Part shown: one piece after another, positions 1 through 8,029 of the stretch
Layout of the letters: every line of letters begins with the position of its first letter
Position numbering within the stretch: the stretch's first letter is position 1
Source of the DNA: Cylindrospermopsis raciborskii Cr2010
Lineage (GTDB): Bacteria; Cyanobacteriota; Cyanobacteriia; Cyanobacteriales; Nostocaceae
Assembly: GCF_003367075.2 (NCBI RefSeq)
Contig: NZ_CP065936.1
Coordinates: 1,590,001 to 1,622,000 of the forward strand
DNA: 32,000 nucleotides
Reading direction: 5' to 3'
Translations under genes and position numbers: made by a program
Notes under the pieces: model-generated
What the model was told of the DNA's origin: nothing
What the model saw: the letters and a program-made list of their open reading frames with translations, nothing else
Database searches by the model: none

Positions 1-1
1 G

Positions 2-1540
2 TCCTTAATGGTAACTTATAACATTGGCAGATTGCCAGTTTTAGAAAATGGTAATTTAGTGGGTATTGTCACCAGAACTGACCTTCTCAGACAACTGCAC
101 CAACTGGAAATTAAAAATTTGCCATTAGCACCACAGAGTAATGGTCAGGAATTAGATTCAATTAAGTTAAACCTGGAATTAGAACATCGACTTGCTCCCC
201 AATTTTGGCAATTATTAACTAGAGCATCCCAAGCAGCGCAAGCAAGAGGTTGGCATTTGTATTTAGTTGGTGGGGCGGTTAGGGATTTGCTATTAGAGAA
301 TGATCCAAGCAACCAATTAATGCTCCATGATATTGACCTAGTAGTAGATGGTTTTCATCAAAGTGCAGATGTGGGAGCTGGAGTAGAATTAGCCAGGGAG
401 CTACAGCAAATTTATCAAAATAGCCGTTTAGAAATTCATGGAGCATTTCAAACTGCGGCGTTATTGTGGCATAAAGATCCGGAATTAGATTGTTTATGGG
501 TAGATATTGCCACAGCTAGAACAGAATTTTATCCTTATCCTGCAGCAAATCCAGAAGTAGAAGCCAGTTCCATTCGGCAAGATTTATATAGAAGAGACTT
601 TACAATTAATGCCATGGCACTAAGATTAACATCTCCCCACTGTGGTGAATTACTAGATTTTTTTGGTGGATTAATAGATTTAAGATCCCGAAAAATTAGA
701 GTTTTGCACCCCAATAGTTTTATTGAAGATCCCACCCGAATTTATCGAGGAGTGCGGTTTGCCATCAGGTTTGGTTTTGCCATTGAACAGCGAACTGCTG
801 AGTACATCCATTATGCCATTAATAGTGGTGTTTATGATAGAACAGTGCAAGAAAATATCAAAACACCAGCTTTGCATACTCGATTGAAAGCTGAATTAAA
901 ACTGATTTTACAAGCACCCTATTGGCAATCGGCTTTAAAATTATTAGATCAGTTAGGAGCTTTACAATGTATTCATTATACCTGTAATTTAAATTATGGC
1001 ATCTTGCGAGAATTGGTTTTATTGGAAAAACTATTGAAAATTCAAGACAGATTTTGGCAACCAGCTCAACAATTACCACCTACTTGGTTAATACGGTTAG
1101 AGATATTAATTAGCAGCTTAGAACCAGAGTATGGAAGTAAGGTGGCAGAAAACTTACAATTATCAGACAGCAGTGTAAATAGACTCAAGAAGCTGGGAGC
1201 AGCACAGGTAGAAATAAATAGAGAGTTGCCAAATTGTGAATTAGCCAGTGCAATATTTAACCTACTACAAAAATATGACTCCGGAACTTTAATGTTGATA
1301 GCTGTAAAAAGTTCCCGAGAGATTAGAAGAAAAATCTGGTATTATTGGAGGGATTTAGTGCATGTTCAACCTTTATTAAAGGGAGATGACTTAAAAAAAA
1401 TGGGTTACAAACCAGGTCCAATTTTCAAGCATATTTTAGATCATTTATTGATTGCTACTCTGGATGGTAAAATTAAGACTAAGACCCAAGCAATGGAATT
1501 TTTAGCTCAAGCTATAAACTCAGACGAATCCAGTTTTTAA
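2..1540 (+). CDS. CCA tRNA nucleotidyltransferase / poly(A) polymerase family protein with upstream CBS domain, 5'-truncated by window edge
   Basis: Track ORF at 8..1540; the frame stays open to base 2, so the gene starts outside the window. CBS-like start (GRLPVLENGNLVGIVTRTDLL) followed by nucleotidyltransferase motif LYLVGGAVRDLLL...HDIDLVVDG and RRDFTINAMAL. Confidence 0.93.
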   Translation, partial: SLMVTYNIGRLPVLENGNLVGIVTRTDLLRQLHQLEIKNLPLAPQSNGQELDSIKLNLELEHRLAPQFWQLLTRASQAAQARGWHLYLVGGAVRDLLLENDPSNQLMLHDIDLVVDGFHQSADVGAGVELARELQQIYQNSRLEIHGAFQTAALLWHKDPELDCLWVDIATARTEFYPYPAANPEVEASSIRQDLYRRDFTINAMALRLTSPHCGELLDFFGGLIDLRSRKIRVLHPNSFIEDPTRIYRGVRFAIRFGFAIEQRTAEYIHYAINSGVYDRTVQENIKTPALHTRLKAELKLILQAPYWQSALKLLDQLGALQCIHYTCNLNYGILRELVLLEKLLKIQDRFWQPAQQLPPTWLIRLEILISSLEPEYGSKVAENLQLSDSSVNRLKKLGAAQVEINRELPNCELASAIFNLLQKYDSGTLMLIAVKSSREIRRKIWYYWRDLVHVQPLLKGDDLKKMGYKPGPIFKHILDHLLIATLDGKIKTKTQAMEFLAQAINSDESSF

Positions 1541-1566
1541 AAACTAGATTTACTACACTATGACCT

Positions 1567-2163
1567 ATGACAGAATTGAGTGGCATAATTTTGGCGGGTG
1601 GTAAAAGTTCTAGAATGGGCAAAGACAAAGCTCTAATTCCCATTGGGGGAGTCCCTTTGTTAGAAAAGGTCTATCATGTGGCTAAAAGTTGTACTAACAA
1701 GATATATGTGGTCACACCCTGGGTGGAAAGATATGAAGATCTATATTTACCAGGATGTGAATTTATTCAAGAGGACCCAAACCATACCCAAGGTCCCCTA
1801 GTAGGTTTTGCTAGGGGAATGGAAAAAACAGTCACAGAATGGGTTTTGTTATTAGCTTGTGATTTACCAAATTTGCAAATTCCAGTTTTCCAAGATTGGG
1901 TACAGGAATTGGACAATACACAACCCCAAAATATTGCCTGGTTAGCGAAAAACGATTATGGTTGGGAACCTCTTTGCGGTTTCTATCGCACTAGTTGTTT
2001 ACCCCTACTTTTGGATTTTATTAATCAAGGAGGGCGTTCTTTTCAAGGGTGGCTCAAACTATATCCAGTTGCTACTCTACCCCTATCAACACCACATATA
2101 TTGTTTAACTGCAATACTCCTGATGATTTAAGGATGGTAACTAAAGAAGATGAACTGGAATAA
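1567..2163 (+). CDS. mobA: Molybdenum cofactor guanylyltransferase
   Basis: N-terminal nucleotidyltransferase signature LAGGKSSRMGKDKALIPIGG; 198 aa; ACDLPN motif. Confidence 0.9.
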   Translation: MTELSGIILAGGKSSRMGKDKALIPIGGVPLLEKVYHVAKSCTNKIYVVTPWVERYEDLYLPGCEFIQEDPNHTQGPLVGFARGMEKTVTEWVLLLACDLPNLQIPVFQDWVQELDNTQPQNIAWLAKNDYGWEPLCGFYRTSCLPLLLDFINQGGRSFQGWLKLYPVATLPLSTPHILFNCNTPDDLRMVTKEDELE

Positions 2164-2166
2164 TAC

Positions 2167-3120
2167 CTATTCTTGAGTGGTTAGGGTATTTTTTCTAGGT
2201 GGATTATTTCTGGTGTTCAAACTACGAAAATATAAACCACCAACAGTAGTTAACAACAGTAAGTATCCCATTCCTTGTACTAAGTAGAGCTTATCCGTAT
2301 AACCAAATAAGGATTTGAAAATAATTCCCGGAAATTTTTCATCGGGTAATATTGAACTGGAGTTCCAAACTAATGGACCCAAAATGCAAGAATGGATTTT
2401 GGTAAAGTGTTCATAGTAAAAACAAAGATTTTCTGATGCACGACTACTAAGAGCTAAACTAGCAATTGCATCATCAAAATGTCCCAGTCCAGAAACTAAT
2501 AGTCCCCCAACTATTAAAACTAATAAAATTCCCATGACTTGGAAAAATCTCCCAATGTTAATTCTTACACCCAGTTTAAACAACAAAACCCCAATTCCTG
2601 CTGCTGTTGCTAAACCGCCAATTGCTCCCATGGTTGGCAACAACCCTTGTTGAAAATTAGCAGCTATAAATAAAACTGTCTCAAAACCTTCACGGACTAC
2701 GGCAATTAGTACTAAACTGAAAATTCCTAAACCAGCATTGTTGTTTTTAGTTAAAGCCTGTTTGACCGCTACCTCAACTTGTGATTTGAGAAATTTAGCC
2801 TGTTGGGTCATCCAAATTAGCATCCAACTGAGCATGATGATAGCTAGTATGCTAAATATTCCCTCCAAAATCGGTTCAACTATACTGGTGTATTCCGGAT
2901 TAACAGATCCTAAAAATTTAATTAGTCCGGTAAATAAAATACCGATTAAACCACTCACAATAATACCAACTACCACGCCCGCATAAACCCAAATATTCAA
3001 TTGAGATTGTTTGGACTTATTTAATAAGGCTAGGACAATACCAACTACTAAAGCAGCTTCTACGCCTTCCCGTAGGGTAATCACAAATGTAGGTAGAGCA
3101 ACACTAAAATTCATTGTCAA
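2167..3120 (-). CDS. FTR1/EfeU-family iron permease
   Basis: Two REGxE motifs (TLREGVEAALVVG and VVREGFETVLFIA) in a multi-TM protein of 317 aa. Confidence 0.92.
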   Translation of the reverse strand: MTMNFSVALPTFVITLREGVEAALVVGIVLALLNKSKQSQLNIWVYAGVVVGIIVSGLIGILFTGLIKFLGSVNPEYTSIVEPILEGIFSILAIIMLSWMLIWMTQQAKFLKSQVEVAVKQALTKNNNAGLGIFSLVLIAVVREGFETVLFIAANFQQGLLPTMGAIGGLATAAGIGVLLFKLGVRINIGRFFQVMGILLVLIVGGLLVSGLGHFDDAIASLALSSRASENLCFYYEHFTKIHSCILGPLVWNSSSILPDEKFPGIIFKSLFGYTDKLYLVQGMGYLLLLTTVGGLYFRSLNTRNNPPRKNTLTTQE

Positions 3121-3151
3121 TTAATTTAATTAATAAGGTTTTCATGGATAT

Positions 3152-3181
3152 TAAAGATACCCAACTTATTGGGTATCTTTA
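3152..3181 (-). terminator. Perfect hairpin immediately 3' of the ferritin-like gene (terminator or intercistronic attenuator)
   Basis: AAAGATACCCAA (3153-3164) / CTTA loop / TTGGGTATCTTT (3169-3180), plus T3152-A3181 pair. Lies 6 bp after the stop at 3187 and 31 bp upstream of the permease start. Confidence 0.7.
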
Positions 3182-3186
3182 TTCTA

Positions 3187-3621
3187 TTAACTGAAGTCTC
3201 GGAGCATCTTTTTGAGTTCGAGATTATGCATCTCTTCCTGTCCAATCATGTTCCGGGCAAACTCTTCTAAATAAATACTAGCATCAGTAACATTCTTTAG
3301 AAGTGATTTGTACATATCCAGTGCTTTTCCTTCATGGATTAAACTTTCTTGCAAGATATCCTTGACGCTATGCTTGAAGGTTTCTTCCATGGGAGCAATT
3401 CTGAGAGTCGGATGTCCATCTAAACCGGTTAAAATTTCTCCTACTTGTTGTGCATGCACTAGAGATTCGCTGGCTTGAGCTTTAAAAAAAGCAACTATTG
3501 GCAAGCGATTTGGTCCAGTGACCATCAAGGAATAATGGGTGTAGCGCACTACTCCAGCTAGTTCAAATTCCATGATGGTGTTGAGAATGTCAATTGTCTT
3601 TGGGTGATCTAGTTCGCGCAT
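3187..3621 (-). CDS. Ferritin-like / bacterioferritin-type protein
   Basis: 144 aa four-helix-bundle-like sequence with metal-ligand patterns (EFELAGVVRYTH, ESLVHAQQ, GQEEMHNLEL). Confidence 0.85.
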   Translation of the reverse strand: MRELDHPKTIDILNTIMEFELAGVVRYTHYSLMVTGPNRLPIVAFFKAQASESLVHAQQVGEILTGLDGHPTLRIAPMEETFKHSVKDILQESLIHEGKALDMYKSLLKNVTDASIYLEEFARNMIGQEEMHNLELKKMLRDFS

Positions 3622-3781
3622 TGGTTGTAGAGATAAGAAAAATGAAAATTTGTCAGGACTTGAGTGAGCAGTTATACGGTTTTTAACTGAACTATCTGGA
3701 TGAAGTTGCTAACTTTTTCCCTCTTTTTTTCACTTAATTCCTTATTCTAGATGGTTTTTCCTGGCTAAACTAGCTTACAGA

Positions 3782-4090
3782 TTACATCATAGTGAAAAAT
3801 TTGGCATTTTCTTCTATGGTTTTAACCAGTGAGCTCACTTGCTCGGGAGTTTTCACTATCTGATTAGGTGGGATAGCAGAAGGCCAAACTTGTAGCAGTT
3901 CAGTTAGAGCTGTATCTATGGCTTTTTGTGCTTCCGGATTCACTGTTGCCATTTGTGGGGAAACACCCTGATATAGTTCATGGGAGTAGATGACGAAACC
4001 ACGGGAATCTTGATACTCTATGGGGGCGGTGATTTTGTTTTTAGCTACCGCTGCTTCATATTCTAAACTATTATAACTATTTACAAATAT
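3782..4090 (-). pseudogene. Open C-terminal fragment, possibly from an imelysin/EfeO-like iron uptake protein
   Basis: Manual translation of the minus strand: NSLEYEAAVAKNKITAPIEYQDSRGFVIYSHELYQGVSPQMATVNPEAQKAIDTALTELLQVWPSAIPPNQIVKTPEQVSSLVKTIEENAKFFTMM*. Bounded upstream by an in-frame stop (tta at 4091-4093) with no plausible start. Protein-like composition; family call is by resemblance and iron-gene context only. Confidence 0.55.
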
Positions 4091-4141
4091 TTATGGTTTG
4101 ATGTGAAAGTTTCAGGTGGCAATTGTTTCCATTAGAAAACA

Positions 4142-4178
4142 TTCTAAAAATATCCTAAAATTCTGTCAAAATATCCTC
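4142..4178. promoter_or_regulatory. Pair of direct repeats upstream of cbiM
   Basis: AAAATATCCT at 4148-4157 and again at 4169-4178, each preceded by ATTCT (4142 and 4161); 21-bp spacing between the decamers. Confidence 0.35.
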
Positions 4179-4314
4179 CCATATGGCATTGTGAAAATAA
4201 GCAAAATATAGTTTCCTGTAAATTTGATGTCTCTTTTGATATCTCTTGAGTTTGTAATTGTATTGCCCAGTATTGCTTAACCTAGTATCAAAAAAACAAA
4301 AATCCGGGGTTTTT

Positions 4315-5238
4315 ATGCATATACCAGATGGATTTATTTCAGTACCAGTAGCAACAACTACTAGTTTAGCTAGTGCAGCTGCATTATTTATATCATTCAG
4401 GCGATCGCAAACTGCCTTTGGAGTACGTCGAGCTCCCTTATTAGGACTAACCACAGCCTTTATATTTGCTGCGCAAATGGTGAATTTTCCCGTAGCTGGA
4501 GGTACGAGTGGACACCTTTCAGGTGCTGCATTAGGAGCAATAATTTTAGGCAGTCCTTGGGCGGGAATTCTCTGTTTAGGGACGGTTTTGATTATTCAAG
4601 CTGTGTTGTTTGCCGATGGTGGAATTACTGCTTTAGGAGCTAACATTTTAAACTTAGGAGTAATTGGGGTTTGGGTAGCATGGATATTAACCCAGACTTT
4701 ACAGCGTTTGCTGGGTGGTTCTGTACAACGTTTACCCCTAGCAGCAGGTATAGCAGCAGGAATTAGTGTAGTAGTATCAGCGATCGCCTGTGCTATTGAG
4801 TTAGCGATTTCTGGGACAGCACCGGTGAATTTAGTCTTACCTACAATGACGGGTATACATATTCTAATTGGTATAGGGGAAGGATTAATTACCGGGGGTG
4901 TACTAGCGTATTTAGCCAGATCACGTCCAGACTTACTACCAGGAGAGGAAGAGAAATTTCGGGGTTGGTTAATACCAGTGGTGAGCATTTTGCTGATTGC
5001 TGGAGTTATATCCTTGTTTGCTTCCGCATGGCCAGATGGCTTAGAAAAAGCAGCGGAGAATTTAGGGTTTATTAAATTGGCCGAAGAAGTCAGAATTGTG
5101 GTACCCACCCCCTTTGCTGATTATGAAATTAACGGATTAGGGCAAATTGGTACAAGCATTACTGGTTTGTTAGGTGCAGCATCTTGCTTTGCCGTAGCCT
5201 TTGGGATTGCTAAGGTGATTAAACCCAAAAATGCTTAA
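4315..5238 (+). CDS. cbiM: Energy-coupling factor Ni/Co transporter S-component CbiM/NikM with C-terminal PDGLE (CbiN/NikN-like) region
   Basis: MHIPDGFISVPV start at 4315 (track ORF begins upstream at 4258); C-terminal WPDGLEKAAENLGF motif then a final TM. Confidence 0.92.
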   Translation: MHIPDGFISVPVATTTSLASAAALFISFRRSQTAFGVRRAPLLGLTTAFIFAAQMVNFPVAGGTSGHLSGAALGAIILGSPWAGILCLGTVLIIQAVLFADGGITALGANILNLGVIGVWVAWILTQTLQRLLGGSVQRLPLAAGIAAGISVVVSAIACAIELAISGTAPVNLVLPTMTGIHILIGIGEGLITGGVLAYLARSRPDLLPGEEEKFRGWLIPVVSILLIAGVISLFASAWPDGLEKAAENLGFIKLAEEVRIVVPTPFADYEINGLGQIGTSITGLLGAASCFAVAFGIAKVIKPKNA

Positions 5239-5878
5239 AATATCCTTGCCATTACGCTTACAACTATCCTTAATTGTAGTCATCGGAACGGCTTTTTTAA
5301 AGTATCACAGTTGGCTGCAATTATACATTTATGGAGCGATCGCTCTAGTATGGGTGGTGATATTAGGGGTAGAGATAGTGAAACTGGGTGGGTTACTGGG
5401 TGGGGAATTAATTTTCCTGTGTTTGGTAGCATTACCCCTAGGGTGGGAAAAGGCCAGTTTTTTATTAGTTCGTTCTCTGATTTGTTTAATAGTGATGAAC
5501 AGCTTTTTACTTACCCTACCACCCCACAGTTTTGGCATTGCGCTCAAAGGATTACCCATTCCTCTAGTATTAAAAGAAAATTTACTCCTAGCAGGACAAT
5601 ACCTAGAAATTCTGCTGGCCGAAATTCACCGGATGCAGCGCGGTGCCCAACTGCGTGGTTTAAGTGGTACTAGGGGATGGTTACGTTATGCTAGTGCGGC
5701 TATGATTGGTGCTTTGTATTTAAGGACTTTAGAAAGAGCAGAGCGAGTTTATGCTGCTATGATTACCCGTGGTTACAACGGTCAACTTCCCATGGATTTC
5801 CAACCTAAACCACAAGAACTTTTGACAATTATTTTAGTAATTGTTATTGCTAGTTATATCACTGTTAGTTCATATTAA
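5231..5878 (+). CDS. cbiQ: Energy-coupling factor transporter transmembrane protein CbiQ
   Basis: Overlaps cbiM by 8 bp; contains the CbiQ coupling motifs AEIHRMQRGAQLRG and LERAERVYAAMITRGYNG. Confidence 0.9.
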   Translation: MLKISLPLRLQLSLIVVIGTAFLKYHSWLQLYIYGAIALVWVVILGVEIVKLGGLLGGELIFLCLVALPLGWEKASFLLVRSLICLIVMNSFLLTLPPHSFGIALKGLPIPLVLKENLLLAGQYLEILLAEIHRMQRGAQLRGLSGTRGWLRYASAAMIGALYLRTLERAERVYAAMITRGYNGQLPMDFQPKPQELLTIILVIVIASYITVSSY

Positions 5879-5889
5879 AGTAATAAGTT

Positions 5890-6654
5890 TTGACATCCTT
5901 AACCTCCTATTCTTCCATAACCCACTTGTTTCCTGAGACCCTTGTCCTAGAAGTGAAAAGTCTAGTGTATGCTTATACAAATAAGTGTACAATCTTAAAA
6001 AATATTTCATTTAAATTAAAAACAGGCGATCGCGTGGCTTTAATTGGTGCTACTGGTTCAGGGAAAAGTACTCTTTTAGAAAACCTAATTGGGTTAAAGT
6101 ATCCCCAGAGTGGCACAATTACCATCAATGGGGTTCCGGTGGAGCCAAATACCGTAGCAAAAATACGTAAACAAATTGGATTTGTCTTTCAGGATGCCAA
6201 TGATCAACTGTTTATGCCAACAGTATTAGAAGATATTACCTTTGGACCACTCAACTATGGTGTTGCACCAGTGGTAGCTAAAGAAAAGGCCAGACAACTA
6301 CTAGCTGATTTTGGTTTAGAAAAATATGCCCATCGTTCCCATCATGAACTATCTGGAGGTCAAAGACGTTTAGCTGCAATTGCATCAGTATTAGCTTTAG
6401 AGCCAGAAATCTTGATTTTAGACGAACCAACCACCGGACTAGATCCTGCATGGAGAAGACATTTAGCCCAAGTCCTATTAAAATTGCCCATACAGGTTCT
6501 GTTAATTGCTTCCCATGACTTAAACTGGTTGGGTAAAGTCACCCAACGTGCGTTAGTGCTAACAGATGGTAAAATTCAAATAGACCGTCCAATTCAACCC
6601 CTGTTAGCAGATGGTAAAACTCTAGATGACTTGGGTTTACCGGTAGGTTGGTGA
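5890..6654 (+). CDS. cbiO: Energy-coupling factor ABC transporter ATPase CbiO
   Basis: Walker A GATGSGKSTL, signature LSGGQRRLA, Walker B ILILDEPTTGLDP; TTG start at 5890. Confidence 0.92.
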   Translation: MTSLTSYSSITHLFPETLVLEVKSLVYAYTNKCTILKNISFKLKTGDRVALIGATGSGKSTLLENLIGLKYPQSGTITINGVPVEPNTVAKIRKQIGFVFQDANDQLFMPTVLEDITFGPLNYGVAPVVAKEKARQLLADFGLEKYAHRSHHELSGGQRRLAAIASVLALEPEILILDEPTTGLDPAWRRHLAQVLLKLPIQVLLIASHDLNWLGKVTQRALVLTDGKIQIDRPIQPLLADGKTLDDLGLPVGW

Positions 6655-6702
6655 GAGAAGCAGAAGAAGAAACAGATAAAAACTATTTTATCCCTATAAA
6701 TT

Positions 6703-7164
6703 ATGCGTAAGAGTATGGCATGCCTTTGTCTATATATAGGTTTTCTGGTCACCGGTTGTACTCAGAGTAAAGTCTCCCAGTGTCAACAATTATTAGAAGC
6801 TGTGAGTGAGGGTAGTATGATGATTGATCAAAGTAAGGGTTCTCAAATTGCAACCAGTTTAAAACTAGCGCAAGACTTGGGAAACACGAGTAAAGCAATT
6901 AAAAAATTGCACCTAACCGATCCACAACTGCAAAAATTCCAGAGTGACCTGGGCCAAAATTTTGCTGGTCTTAGCCATTACATTGGTAAAGCTGCTAAAT
7001 CTCTTAGTGAAGCAAAGAAAACATTAAACTCCCCATCTGGACAAGAAAAAATTAGGTACGCTAAAAGGGGAATAGAGTCATCCTTAACTACAGCAGAAGC
7101 AGCTGGTAAGCAATTAGACACTTTGGGAAACAAATTAAACAAGTACTGCAACCCAAACAAATAA
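6703..7164 (+). CDS. Putative lipoprotein
   Basis: Signal peptide with lipobox LVTGC; helical, Lys/Ser-rich mature region; 153 aa. Confidence 0.6.
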   Translation: MRKSMACLCLYIGFLVTGCTQSKVSQCQQLLEAVSEGSMMIDQSKGSQIATSLKLAQDLGNTSKAIKKLHLTDPQLQKFQSDLGQNFAGLSHYIGKAAKSLSEAKKTLNSPSGQEKIRYAKRGIESSLTTAEAAGKQLDTLGNKLNKYCNPNK

Positions 7165-7183
7165 AGCGAGTGAACCTGTAATC

Positions 7184-7843
7184 ATGAAAGCAGAAGTAAT
7201 AGAATTAATAGTGAAAGTTATCCAGGTATTACAAATAAATATCAGATGGATGACATGGAACTTATTTTTAGCATTTATCCCCTTAGTTCTAAGTATTTGG
7301 TTATTTCGTGGGAGACAAAAACCATCCTTAGTTTGGTGGCCAGTATTTTTAGTGTTCTATGCTTTTCTACCCAATGCTCCCTACCTATTAACTGATGTCA
7401 TTCATCTGATTGATGACATTCGCAATATTCCATCAATTTGGGTAATTACACTAATCTTAATTCCCACATATTTATTAGTCATCCTGGCTGGATTTCAAGC
7501 TTATGTTATTTCTCTCATTAATTTAGGTCACTATTTGCACCGGATCCAGGGGAGTTCATGGATTCTGCCAGTAGAATTAATTACCCATATACTAAATGCT
7601 GTTGGCATTTATTGGGGCCGTTTCTTACGCTTTAACAGCTGGGATCTAGTTACTCAACCAGATACAATATTAACTAAAGGTATAGAAGAATTACTAGGAA
7701 AACAACCGCTAGTAATTATCCTTATCAGCTTCATAATTCTCTGGGCATTATACTCATTGATGAAACAAATTACCCTAGGAATTATTTCTAGACAAGAAAG
7801 AAAAGTTTCCACTCAAGATAATATCAGGATAGGAAGGCTATAA
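7184..7843 (+). CDS. DUF1361-like integral membrane protein
   Basis: Multiple TM helices with FLPNAPYLLTDVIHL motif typical of the family. Confidence 0.75.
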   Translation: MKAEVIELIVKVIQVLQINIRWMTWNLFLAFIPLVLSIWLFRGRQKPSLVWWPVFLVFYAFLPNAPYLLTDVIHLIDDIRNIPSIWVITLILIPTYLLVILAGFQAYVISLINLGHYLHRIQGSSWILPVELITHILNAVGIYWGRFLRFNSWDLVTQPDTILTKGIEELLGKQPLVIILISFIILWALYSLMKQITLGIISRQERKVSTQDNIRIGRL

Positions 7844-8029
7844 AAACCTTAGCAAAAAGTTTATCAAAGCTTTAAAATTTCTGGAGATAAAGTTACTATT
7901 ATAGTCCTGACATAATATATATCAGAGTGAATCTGTTAGTTGATTACACAATAACTACATAATGTCTGCCAAAAATAGACATTAGAAGAATCTCTATATA
8001 TATAGTTTGAATATTAGAGGACTTGTCTA

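Noticed and set aside
4094-4314. Possible cobalamin riboswitch upstream of cbiM
   Set aside because: No recognisable B12-box or conserved core by eye; an Rfam/Infernal scan would be needed to reopen this.
4155-4454. 99-aa minus-strand ORF across the cbiM start
   Set aside because: Antisense to the well-supported cbiM 5' end; no recognisable domain.
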